Shown: positions 1 through 11,841 of the stretch, one piece after another
How positions within the stretch are numbered: position 1 is the first letter of the stretch
Layout of the letters: every line of letters starts with the position of its first letter
NCBI RefSeq assembly: GCF_009914755.1
Contig: NC_060928.1
Length of the DNA: 64,000 bases
Direction: 5' to 3' (one strand)
Source: the human T2T-CHM13v2.0 reference genome, Homo sapiens
Notes under the pieces: model-generated
What the model was told of the DNA's origin: nothing
Databases searched by the model: none
Seen by the model: only the letters and a program-made list of their open reading frames with translations
Program-made: the position numbers and the translations under genes

Positions 1-183
1 GGTTCTACATTGACTCAGTATCACATATCCCAGTTAAATGCAATGGAGAAATATATTTCATAAAGAAGATGGTATCCCAATGCTGGCTAAAGCCAAGAAG
101 TATTTCTATCTAGGTTTACAAAGGGTTGGGGTACCTCCTCCATAAAGCATTTCTCTAATTCTTCCCATACACAAGATTCATTT

Positions 184-209
184 AAAACAAAAACAAAAAC
201 AAAAACAAA
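184..209 (+). repeat. (CAAAAA)n simple repeat
   Basis: aaaacaaaaacaaaaacaaaaacaaa read directly. Confidence 0.85.
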
Positions 210-2744
210 TGACCATTCCTCCTTGGGGTCTCAAAGCTGCTGTCAGAGTCCACTCAGAAATCTCAATCTGTTTAATGTATTTCTTTATTTAAAAGCCTGT
301 GTACCCTTAACAGACTAGAGACAATCAATAGCAGGTCTGTGTGCAATTCATCTTTACACGGACAGTGTCTAGCATACAGTCTCAATAAAGATTTCTTTGT
401 AGGAGTGGTGCGTAATAAAATCGTATATGGATTTTATATAATTCCTTTGTATAATAAAAGAGTAATGAGTCATGAATTAAATGCTACTTGCATTATTCAT
501 TTCATGTTCTGAAATTTTTATTTTGAATAAAACATTTCACCATCTCCAAAATGCTGTGTGAAAACTGTATATAAATCTTTCACTTCCCCTTTCTCAGGAG
601 ATATCAATAGTAATTTAGCATGAGAAAGAGCTTTGATTTTACTTGTACTCTTTTTAAAAAAATTAAAACTTAAATTTGTTTTCAGTGTATGATTCAAAAA
701 TATATATCAAATTATGTCTCTATATGCTACAAGGATAAACACTTATTAAATAAAATTGAAATTTCTAAAATGGTGCATGTTTCCTCTTTAGCCATGGGTC
801 TTCTGTGCATGTTTCAGATAATCAAATGAAAATTTGCATTGATTAAATTCTGAATTCCACTTAAAAATGTCCCTTCCTTTGTTCTTAGTTAAAATTCAAA
901 CTGTGAATCATTTGCATTTAAATACCCTTTTAGATTTGGTTCCTTACTAGTATCAATATCCATTTGGATGATTGCTAAAAAGTAAAAATCTCAGCAACAT
1001 GCTGCATATGTTGCTTATAATCCTGCTTAATTGCTTTGAATTTGCAATTAAAAACTCAAAACAAAAATAAAAAGCCAAATCCACAGAAATAAAAATCATA
1101 GCAAATGATATGCCCAGTTTAGGAAGTAGCATACGTTTTACTTTGAATGACTACTTGCTTTTCTTGAATAAGACACCTGCCTTATTCATATTGCATACAA
1201 ATATTTTAAGAAATTTAGCCTATGAGATTTGTGAAGTTCACGATTTGATGACCATTTCTTGCCCATTCAAACTTTACTGGACTACTCGCTACAAATGAAG
1301 GTCAGAGAAGGAAGTCAATTTTTCATCAGAACAAACTTGATTAGATTGACTAGTTTTTCAAAAAGTGAAGTTTTTTTTAAAAAGACTATTTTAAAGTAGT
1401 ACACTTATATAGACTTTTTTATATGTGTATTTGATGCAGCCCCAATTATATCCATTCAGGTATTAACTCCTTCTGCTCCTTCTCCTCCATGAAAGGAAAA
1501 GCAGGCATAGATCCAAACAGAAATATCCATATGACCTATTGAGAATCTATATTATAACCAAATGGCCATTAGGATATCTAGGTTCCATAATTTTTGCTAC
1601 AAGGCAATTATTGAAACTTTAAATACTAGTTCTACAAGAGGGACTTAATAAGCTTAAAAATATTCACTAAATGTATCAAGCATTTAAATAAAGCAAGACA
1701 ATCAGTTTTCAATATACTAAATACCATAACTACATGTTCAGCTAGTTTGATTATTAATATTTCCTAACTAGGAACTTATTAGCCTTTGTTTGTTTAACCT
1801 AAGAAGTTAAGTACATGACTTTATTAGCTTCTCTGAGCTTTTCTTACATTACTGGAGTTAAGATAATTCTTCCACTTCAGCTGGCTGTGCTCACTTTTTG
1901 GTCCTGTGCTCTTCCTCCCTTCCTCAAATTTCTTCCTTTTGGCCAGTGGCCTGATTTGTGGGTTTACTTCTTTTCTTTGGGAATCAGCTTCCACATTCCA
2001 GCGGAACTGCACCACTTTGTTCTGTCTGTGGCTTAAGTCAGGTTGATATGGCTTACAAGTTACTCAATAATCTCTCAGGGAACGCTGATATTAAGGTGAG
2101 GGGAAAAAAAAAAAAACGAAAAAGCTAGCTTTCTGGCAGAGTGAAAACAGGAAACCCTGGAATCCAAAGAAACTTATTCTCTTGTGCTTTTTTTTCCTCC
2201 TGATTTAGTTTCCCCACTTCAATCTTCCCCACCTGGGGCCACTGAAATTTTATACTGAGCACTTTACGTGGACTCCATGTTACCTGAAGTATTTGCCTTT
2301 TCATGGAAGAAGTTTCTTGGTTTTCCCATCATTCAATTTAACCTTTGTGGTTAAGGTTTATGTAATGTGAACTTGGCTTAAGGAAAAAATTTTAAAATAC
2401 CTCGCTCTTACTCCCTGCTGGATTTATGTGAAAGAAATAACTGGACAAAGGTACTGCAAATATATCCAAGATCATTTCTCACAGTTTTGTCCATAACAAC
2501 AATAACTCATGAGAATATAATCATACAGTTTATGACTAGGCAACCATTAAAGGAAGGATGTATATTTATTATATTAAGGAAATGGAAATATGTTTTTGAC
2601 ATATTTTTAAGCTTAAAAGTTGAGAAGGCAGGCTACAAGTTAATTAAAAGTAGAGATTTTACACCAATATGCTGATGATGGTCATGCTGGATGATGAAAT
2701 TTTAGACTTTATACAGTCCACCACTTACGCTCCCTATGTGGTTA

Positions 2745-2998
2745 CAGTTGTCATTCTGTATACTGGGGCGGGGGGCGGGGAGAGCAGCTATTGGTTTCAG
2801 GACCCCTGCATATGCCAAAATCCTTGCATATTCATGTCTGGCAGTCGGCCCTGCAGAACCACATATATGAAAAATGGACCTTCTGTAAAGGCCATTTCAC
2901 ATCCGCAAACACTGTATTTTCCATTTGTGTTTGGGTGAAAAAGATCTGAGTTTAAGTGGACCTGTGCAGTTCAAACTGTGCTGTTCAAGGGTCAACTA
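2745..2998. mobile_element. MER8-like non-autonomous Tigger2-family DNA transposon
   Basis: Starts cagttgtc..., contains ttggtttcaggacccctgcatatgccaaaatcc, ends cagttcaaactgtgctgttcaagggtcaacta; TA on both sides (2743-44, 2999-3000); right end matches the Tigger2 end at 53340-53383. Confidence 0.85.
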
Positions 2999-3000
2999 TA

Positions 3001-3175
3001 TTTAGTTTTACATTCAAATTAACTACAACTCAATAAAATTTAAAATTTCAGTTCTTCAGTTGCACTAGCCACACGTCAAGTGCTCAATAACCACATATGT
3101 CTAGTGGCTACTGTACTGCACAGCCCAGATACAAAACATTTCCATTATTGCAGAAAGTTCTGTGGGACTGCATTG
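3001..3175. mobile_element. MER33/MER3-like hAT-Charlie fragment
   Basis: cagttgcactagccacacgtcaagtgctcaataaccacatatgtctagtggctact...catttccattattgcagaaagttctgtggga resembles MER33/MER3. Confidence 0.75.
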
Positions 3176-3705
3176 TTTTAGATAATGCCTATTTCTTCTA
3201 TGATGTTTTTGTTTATTCTAACTTTTACAATGATTATAATTTTTATAATCAAAATAACAATGAAATTATTTATACCGTGGGGGAAACATCTTTGCTGTTA
3301 AAATGAAATTACACTGAAGGAAATCTATATCATGATTTTCTTTATCTAATAAGTATGTATCACAAGTGGTCCTCAATACTGATATTATTGAACTTTTTTA
3401 ATGGAGAGCTTTTCTGAAATTTCATCTAGCTATCTAAAATATTTGGATTGTTCAGTTATTCAACAAATCTCTTACTTCAGAGTCTCCTTGGGAATATCTA
3501 TTCAACCAGAAATGGAAAAGAAAATTACTTATTTGGCAACTAATCTTTGGCTGTATTCCTTTTGTATTTCTGTGCATTGAGAAATGGTCTATGGGGTAGG
3601 GGAAATGGTAGTAGAACTATGTTTTAAATATCTAAGGAGATTTGTCAGACATCAAATACTAATATAACATGTTACAATATTGGAGGCCCATGATGAGTCA
3701 GGCTG

Positions 3706-3761
<56 letters not shown>
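3706..3761 (+). repeat. (CTAT)14 tetranucleotide microsatellite
   Basis: 56 bp uninterrupted CTAT array. Confidence 0.97.
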
Positions 3762-4873
3762 GATTTCTTATTTATTTTGGCCTGTCCACTAGGAGTTTTG
3801 GATTTTTAAAAATTAATTTGGTTTATTTAAAATTCAGAAGATTTTTAACAATATGGATTTTGCTTCTCTTAAAAATCGTATCTGACAATACTGAATCAAG
3901 ATTTTTGCAGCCCAGCTGAGTGTACTCTGAGAAGCAATCTCCCCATTTAGCTATAGCATGTGTTTTTGTGCTCTTCAAGGTGTTATGGCAATCAACATTT
4001 TCCACTCTCTCCTACAACCCAGCATGCTGGTCCATTTATGTCATTGGCCCTAACCATGCAGGCATCTGAGTTTGAGTCTGTTGTCTATTTGAAGAGCAGT
4101 CACAGCACATATTCTGGTTAGAAATGGAATTTCCTGAGCAACTAAATGATTTGATACAAAAGAAATCAAGCATCAATAATCTTGTCCTATTTCAATTTGG
4201 ATTAATCGATATTTCACCACCACTTCCACAAACTCCCAAACTCCTGTCAGTGTCACAACTGGGTTTATGGACATTCATCAGAGTGGTTCATTGTTACTAC
4301 AATACACAGGATATGTATGCACATTTAAGGATATGAATTAGACTGTGATGCACAAAAGTGTCATAAGCTAATTCCCACAGCTCTCCTTGATAATATGATA
4401 CACTATGAAGTGACTTTCATTTCAGTTTATCAGTTTCTCATCCAATTCTGAACTTTATTAAAGGACATTAATCATAGAGTCCATTTACTCTTTTGAGGTT
4501 GCTGACTAGATGTCTGTGGAACTATATGAATCTACTAAGACAAACACACGTCTATAAGAGAGTGAGGCAAATAGTTGGTTATGGCTGCTAATACGCTTCT
4601 GAAAGGCAATTTTAAAGAAGATAAAATGTGTTTTGTGCAATCAATGTCAGTGAAATCAGTTGAATTTTCCAAAGCAATTGCTCTAAAAGACAACACTCAT
4701 CTGTTTTGCTGGATATTTGATTTGTTTTTGTGGTCGTTGTTTAAATCCATTTCTACTCTTTTAAAGTTATAACTTATTGGTATGTGGTTCATTCTTCACC
4801 AGTGCAGATATATTGAGAAGAATGGAACCTGTCACATATAACACATATTTGGGCAAAGAGTACTTTCTTAAGG

Positions 4874-4906
4874 AAAAAACAAACAAAACAAAACAAAACA
4901 AAAACA
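4874..4906 (+). repeat. (AAAAC)n simple repeat
   Basis: aaaaaacaaacaaaacaaaacaaaacaaaaacaa. Confidence 0.8.
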
Positions 4907-5856
4907 ACTACTAAAAGACTTTAAGTGAAACTGTGTAGAACATGTTAAATATTTCCATTTCTGTTTACCTTTGTTTCTAGGTATTTGAAAAGCCCAGGCT
5001 GCTTTGTTTTATAAACAATTCCTATACTCCTGTGGGCATAATTCTATATTAACTGAAGATTAATTTCAGGTTACACTGTAAAAATGCCTTACAAATGCAA
5101 TACTATTAGGGTGTGGAAAACCCTGAAGGAACTGAAAATCCAATCCATTTGAGGGAAGCCTTTAATTAACATCTTGGAGAATATGTATTACCTTTTTAAA
5201 CAGATAAATATTTTTTTTTCATTTTAGAGTAGCGGAATCTAATCTTAATCTAATCTTTTAGGAGTATATTTCAGAGAAATTCCAAGCACACCAGTATGAC
5301 CATCCTTATTTCAGAAATGACAATGCATAGAGGAAAAGTAATATGTGCAAAGCCTCCGAAGAGGATGGTTAAGTAAAGACTTAGGTTACCAGTATCAGGC
5401 TTTCGTTTTTGTATGTAGGTAGCTCTACTGCCTCCTCTTAAAACCAACAAAGGAAAGAGAGACTGGCTGCAAACTTTTAGAAGGAATGGCTTCGAATAGG
5501 GTTCCTGGGAGGAATCCCGAGGAAATAGACGCTGCTGCTCTGCTGATTGTCTCCACTATCCTGTTTTGCTCCTACCCACTAATCCAGCCTGGGAGGCTCT
5601 GGGCATTAGCGGAAGGCTTCACCACAAGGAGACAGGAGCGAGTATTCCATAGGCATGCGCTCCTAGTGGCACGAGTGGCTTGGGTCAGGATCAAAGAGTG
5701 AAGGATTCGGAAGTCAGCTATCTGGAGAGAGAGAGAGATTGTGTTTTATTCGTGTCCCATAGCTTTCCTATCCTATCCCTATCCTAGCTTTTAACCTGAG
5801 CCAGAGCTCACTACACAGGTTCCTGGCTATCGAGTCTGAATCTGCACTACTCAACT

Positions 5857-5862
5857 TATAAA
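5857..5862 (+). promoter_or_regulatory. Candidate TATA box at the 5' edge of the CpG island
   Basis: TATAAA ~40 bp upstream of where CpG density rises; function not demonstrated. Confidence 0.4.
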
Positions 5863-5899
5863 CTGTCTGCAGACACCTGTTAGGGAAATTGCTGATCAT

Positions 5900-6971
5900 G
5901 GGCGGCAGGATCTGAACTCGCTTTACCTTCTTGTTTGGAGCACAGGGACCGCCCAGCTAGAGGAGCACCAGCGCACTGCGCCCCAGCCCTGGGCGAGGGT
6001 GCGGAGGATTTGTTCTCGGTGCAATCCTGCTGGCGCTTTTCCGGGGTTCTGCGCGGATCCAGCTCCCCATCTCTGCTCCTACACACACAAAAGAAAACAA
6101 CTCTCGATTGGAAGTTGTGGAATTTTCTCAGCCCCTACGAGGCGCGGGGATTCTCCAGCCCCGGCCCTCCTCCCGCCAGCCTGAGGTCTCCTTCGCTCGC
6201 CTGCCTTGCTAGGGACCGCAGTCCCTCAGCCGCAGCTGGGTCTGTCCGCCCCGCCTTTGCCCTCGCCTTTTCCCGGGGCGGATTTGGTGAAGTCGGCCTC
6301 AAGTCCAGGAGGTCTGTCTTCGCCGGGCCAGCTCTCGCGGAACTGGGGGGTAGAGAGCAAAGGGAGAGATTCGTGGAAGGGAAGGGAGGTAGGGGTGGCG
6401 CAAACGCCCAGAGTATCAAACTTGGGGGTGGCACAGTAGGTGACAGCAGCAGCTGCAGGTGGTGGCTGGGGACCCGCGAGGGGGCGCCCCTCTGGGTAGG
6501 GTCTGGCTGAGCGGGCTTGCAAGCCCGGGAGGCGGCTGAGAGACCCTGGACACTGTTCCTGCTCCCTCGCCACCAAAACTTCTCCTCCAGTCCCCTCCCC
6601 TGCAGGACCATCGCCCGCAGCCTCTGCACCTGTTTTCTTGTGTTTAAGGGTGGGGTTTGCCCCCCTCCCCACGCTCCCATCTCTGATCCTCCCACCTTCA
6701 CCCGCCCACCCCGCGAGTGAGTGCGGTGCCCAGGCGCGCTTGGCCTGAGAGGTCGGCAGCAGACCCGGCAGCGCCAACCGCCCAGCCGCTCTGACTGCTC
6801 CGGCTGCCCGCCCGCGCGGCGCGGGCTGTCCTGGACCCTAGGAGGGGACGGAACCGGACTTGCCTTTGGGCACCTTCCAGGGCCCTCTCCAGGTCGGCTG
6901 GCTAATCATCGGACAGACGGACTGCACACATCTTGTTTCCGCGTCTCCGCAAAAACGCGAGGTCCAGGTCA
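5900..6971 (+). other. NPY2R: NPY2R non-coding exon 1 (TSS uncertain, within ~5.9-6.5 kb)
   Basis: Ends at TCA|GTAAGT (donor 6972); no + strand ATG from 5901 to 7040; matches the known NPY2R layout of a 5'UTR exon plus a single coding exon. Confidence 0.8.
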
Positions 6972-7040
6972 GTAAGTGTAATTCCTAACTCTGATCACCT
7001 CCTGGGAACAAGAAAATCCCTAGAGGAGCGCTCGGTTCCT
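5900..7040. promoter_or_regulatory. NPY2R: CpG island / NPY2R promoter with GC boxes
   Basis: Sharp rise in GC and CpG content against AT-rich flanks; GC-box motifs such as ccgccccgcc (6246-6255) and ggggcgg (6275-6281). Confidence 0.93.
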
Positions 7041-9059
7041 ATGAAGAGGGACATGAGGAGGTCCTCATGAGTGTATGGACTTTTTCCTCCTCCTTTAGGC
7101 GGGAGGTGGCGATTTGGAGGATGTAATACCATCCCCATTTTCTACTTTCTCTAGATTTTCCCTTTTCTGTTGAAGATTATTTACTATTTCCTTGACCCTT
7201 CTTTGAGATAGGTCATTATCTTTCCAGAACAGTAAGTTGTTATTGTTCCTGCCTCTTTAAAAATCAAACACTTGTCTAAAGCAGAAGGTCCTATTGGATT
7301 CTCCAAAGCCGTTCAAGAGGAGACACATTCATTTAAGCGTTTGCTCATTTTCCATCAGAAAGGCTCACCCACTGGCAGGAGCTTTTGGTGGCAGGGAAAG
7401 AGGCAAAATTAAAAGCTTTGAGACTTTTTGCAATAGGTACACATCATTTAAAATTCAGTGACATGAAATGGAGATGCTGTTTCCAAAGAAAGGCTTCCCA
7501 CACCCTTTGGTGAATATTTTCAACTTTCTACTGATTAGCCAAACAATCATGTCTTGTATGTAGCATTCTTGAAACTTCCCTTCTTCCCCCTCCCCTGCCC
7601 CCATTCCTAGAACTAATTAGTGTAGGCAAATGCAGGGCTTTTGATTTCTGAGACTGATTTCTGAGATATTTTTCCCTGGGAAAAATGTTCTGGAAGACAT
7701 TGTGCTTGATAAGATGTGTAGGTTTACTAAGGCCAACCTGTGACAATATTGTTACAAAAAGCCCCCACAGATTTAAACATCTCTCCTCAAAGCATGAACT
7801 GGTCTCTGACTCAAATAACTTGAGGTTATTTGAATCTCGGGTGGTGGGCTGCTGGGGGAAGTCCTGAAACTCTTTTCCTATTCTGCAAAGAAATGTTTCT
7901 ATGACAAAGTTTCTAAGGATTCCCTTATTCAGGAAAATTGTACCAGTAAAAGTTCTCTTTAAATGTCTTAAAGTAATGTAAATATCTCATTTTGCCTTAT
8001 TTCAAAGAAAGGTTATTCCCTTGTCTGCTTGCTGTTTCCTTTGTGTGCTTTTGATGGCAACTTCCTCTGTGTACCATTTTCCTTTCCCACTTTTCCAGAA
8101 GTGCTGTCATGAAATGATGCATTTTCTGCTCTGGGTAATGTTTTGACCTGGCTGAAGGGAGTAACCTGCTTAAGCACAGCTAACACTGTCTATATTCTAA
8201 GAGCTTGTAGATCAACAACCATTCCTACAGAGAAGTTGTAAATAAAAGGGCTTCAAAATTTATAAAACAAGACTGAGAAGAAAAAGCAAAGCAAATCAAA
8301 AAATCAAGTATACTCTTCCTCCTAGTAACCTTCAATCTCATGCTTCCTCTCAATTTAGTCAGGTATAACCTCCAAACTCCAGCCTCTTGGAGTCTCTTTA
8401 ATTCTGTAAATGGCTAAATGGCTTGTCAGGATTGAGTAACTGTACTCTAAAACCAGTCTCTTTCTTAGTCTAGGGGATATGGTGTGGGCTATCAAACATA
8501 CACTCCAAGATATGAATGATTTGTTTCAGATTTCTCTAATTACTAAGGAGTGGAGGCACATGTGAAAAGAGGCTGGGGCTCCTTGGAATGTTCTATGTGA
8601 AATTTATGCAGAGGGAGCAGGAATATATCAGTACGGCAAACACCTGAGTACATGGAAACTCTCATGTCTCTCTGTATAGTAAGGCTCCTGTGGAAGGGTG
8701 AGTGGTGAGAGACAGAGAGTGAGGGAAAGATGCGGAAAGAGAAAAAAAAGTGAGATAAATGGAGCGGGAGAAAGAGAGTTGGGGGAGCAGAAACCTTTGA
8801 AACAGAAAGTTTTCTTTATGGGTTATACTGACAATTTAAAATGTTATAATCAGGAATTAATTTAACAGGGTCTCAGGACAATTTTTTTTTTGTATAAGCA
8901 GTTATCTGATTAAGAATAAGAAAATAAGCATATGGATGTTATGTCATAGGGAAGAACCCTACATAGGCAGTTGTCTTCAGTAAAGGAAAGGATCAAAATT
9001 ATACTTTCCATTTGGCTGACATTGATTATTCAGTATAATTGTGCTTTCCTTTAGCTTTA

Positions 9060-9455
9060 TATTTGTTCTGACAAATTGCTGAGTACCTTTAATATGCTAT
9101 ATAGTGTGCTAGGGATTAAACAATGGAGGAAGAAGGTCTAGGTTCTGTCTTCAAAGAGATTGCTGTGGTGGGTAAACGAAGGAAAACAGTCACAACGTGG
9201 CATGTGGTACATGCGGCATTAGAAGTGAGCACAGGGGCTTGGGGTAACTGAGAGGCTTCCCAGTTTAAAACGGGGAGGGCAGAGAGGCATGAAAAAGGCT
9301 CAGGTGTTACTGGAATTGGAAGTAAGGCAGTATGACAGAAGTGGACAGTATATATTGGGCTGTCAGCAGAGATGAGGCCAGAGGGATATGCAGGGATGAG
9401 TTCAAGAAAAGCCTCGAATGTCAGGCTAAGGAGTTGGGATTTTCTTCTATAGGCC
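9060..9455 (-). mobile_element. L2 LINE 3' fragment
   Basis: Degenerate ...acaaattgctgagtacc...gtgctagggat...gcctcgaatgtcaggctaaggagttgggatttt, typical of antisense L2. Confidence 0.65.
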
Positions 9456-9520
9456 AGTGTTGTCAACCTGTGGGTGCAGATCCTTTGGTGGGAGAGCAAA
9501 TTAATGAAAGCATACATGTA

Positions 9521-10012
9521 TGTTATTATCAGATCATGCAAAACAGAATCTATTCAAGAATGTAAAAAAGGAGTAATTTAATTCAGATAGTTGATTAAAC
9601 AAGTGATGGAAGCCAAACAATGGATGTTGAGACTACCTAGGGATTACCAAGAGCAGGAAGTCATTACTGCCTCCAGCTGGATGGATATGAGGAAGAGGTA
9701 GTGTGACCAAGGCCCCCGGAACAGGGACACCCTCTGGAATCAGAATCACAATAGGTCTGTCCTATGAAAACCAGAGCTACAGAACTGCTGTAGAGGCACT
9801 GCCAAGAGCAGAGAGGGAGGAAGAAGAATATAGTGGCTTCTCCCTTCCTGCTGCCTGCCAGTGCCTCCCACCGACCAAACCCAGCCAGAATCCCAAGGAC
9901 TTGGAGCTTGAAAATGTATTCTGTGAGAGTCAGCCCTCCTGTGGTACAGAGCAGAACAGAACAGAGGAACAGTGAGGGAAGGAGCTGGGGGGCACATAGG
10001 CCCAGCCAAGCA
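9521..10012. mobile_element. Ancient MLT1 (ERVL-MaLR) solo LTR, MLT1K/J-like
   Basis: TG...CA ends; gaatctattcaag...aatttaattcag start and gtcagccctcctgtggtacagagcag end motifs. Confidence 0.55.
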
Positions 10013-10796
10013 TTATCTGTGGGCTGAATAAATATATGACTTTCCTACCAATGGTGTTAGATGCTATTAATTACAAACACATTCATTGAAAGGTTCATAA
10101 AAACAAATTCATAAAAGAAGCTCTGAATGAACAGTGGCAGCCTTTTGTGATTATGAGCATATTTGAAAGGTACTACCACCATGGTGTTGGGCTCTGAATG
10201 CTTTAACAGACTGAAAAAATGAAACTTATATTAAAAAAATACATCGTAATTGTTTCAAACAATCTGGAGACATTGAGGAAAACAATATGATCACATTTGA
10301 ATTTCAGAAAAAAAAATTTTAATATCAGAGTAGGCATTGTCCAGTAAAATGTGAGAGCCTTAGAGTAGAGGTACTATCCTCTTGTCTTCACCCGGCAAAA
10401 ACCCTAGTTCAAGACATAGGTTTTTAAATGCATGATGCATGCAGGTTTGAAGAAGTAAAGGCGCCAGGATGGTAAAGCCACCCCTGGCATTGAGTAGACA
10501 CTCGATTATTTCTGTTAGGTGAATGAATTAATTAATAAATAAAAGCAAAAGAGGATGGGAGGTAAGTTAGAAGATGATTAGAGTAATCATGATAAGAGAT
10601 TAAGAAGAATAAAACCAATGTTGTAGAAACGATGAGAAAATAGGTGGAAGAGATATGTAACATACTAGTCTGCGGGTTCTCTTAAATGTAGAGGCTAACA
10701 GAGATTTTGAGAAAGCATGAAATGTTATATGTTAGTTCAGAAGTTTATTTAAGATCATTCAAAAAAGCAACTGTTCCAACCCAAGTTTCCTTAGAG

Positions 10797-11198
10797 CATT
10801 GAGTGGATAAAGAAAACGTGGTATGTAATACACCATGGAATACTACTCAGCTGTAAAAAAGAATGATATGATGTCTTTTGCAACAAATTGAATGGAGCTG
10901 GAGACCATTATTCTAAGTGAAGTAACTAGGATGGAAAATCAAATACAATAGGTTCTCATTTGTAAGTAGGAGCTAAGCTGTGGGTACACAAAAGCATACA
11001 GAGTGGTATAATGGACTTTGGAGACTCATAAAGGAGAGGGTGGGAATGGGAGTGAGGGATAAAAAAACTACATATTGGGTACAAGGTACACTACTTGGGT
11101 GACAGATGCACTAAAATCTGATTTTACTACCATACAATCCATCTGTGCAACCAAAAAACATTTGTACCCCAAAAGCTATTGAAATTAAATTTTAAAAA
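10797..11198 (+). mobile_element. L1PB-type LINE-1 3' end
   Basis: ggataaagaaaacgtggtat...ccatggaatactactcagc...gtaccccaaaagctattgaaat followed by an A-rich tail. Confidence 0.88.
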
Positions 11199-11841
11199 AG
11201 TAACTCTTCTATATATTTTAATACTATTTTTAATACTAAATCCTGCACCAAAAACAGAATCTGCTTGGTTTATCTGAGATAATTCATAGTCCCAAGGTTC
11301 AGGCACCAGACAAATAGTTTTAATATGTTCCCCTTTCTTATACAATTTGTTGCTGTATATTTATAAATTTGAAACAGTCAAGATAATGAAGGAAACTTTA
11401 CTTTTTTATCTACCTGAAAATTAATTCAATGAATTCATAGTGGTTATACAATTCATAAAGTTTATAATATTCATTCCACTTAAAATGAAATTAATCCATT
11501 TGATAGCATTCACTTTGAAATTATGTCTATACTATCGGTATTATACTTTACCGTCATAGCATATATTTCAGAAACCTGATTTAATTGATCCATATTTGAC
11601 AATAGACTTATTAAAGGGTCTATTTCATTAAAATGTTTTGCTATGCACAATTTTAGAGAGTAGAGGATATTTTGATCCCTAACCAAAATTAAACCAGTCC
11701 ATTTGTGAAATTTCTTTGCTTCACCTTTGTGTTTTCCTCGTTCCATTGGTTTTTGTTGTTGTTGTTTTGTTTTATTTTGTTTTTTCTTTTTAGGTTGTAG
11801 ACTCTTGTGCTGGTTGCAGGCCAAGTGGACCTGTACTGAAA

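Larger units (their letters stand above)
6972..11793 (+). other. NPY2R: NPY2R 5'UTR intron (~4.8 kb)
   Basis: GTAAGT donor at 6972; long T/GT-rich tract 11748-11791 ending TAG|G at 11793/11794. Confidence 0.85.

Noticed and set aside
993-1015. 8-bp inverted repeat agcaacat...atgttgct, p53-like
   Set aside because: Short enough to arise by chance; does not fit two RRRCWWGYYY half-sites
5934-5982. Two RE1/NRSE-like strings (ggagcacagggaccgcc; ggagcaccagcgcactgcgcc)
   Set aside because: Half-site spacing is off by one in each, with core mismatches to TTCAGCACCACGGACAGCGCC; would need REST ChIP to support
5880-6975. Long overlapping ORFs in the CpG island (191, 188, 183 aa and others)
   Set aside because: Mostly non-ATG starts, low-complexity Gly/Pro/Arg/Ala content and no domain; expected from stop-codon scarcity in GC-rich DNA
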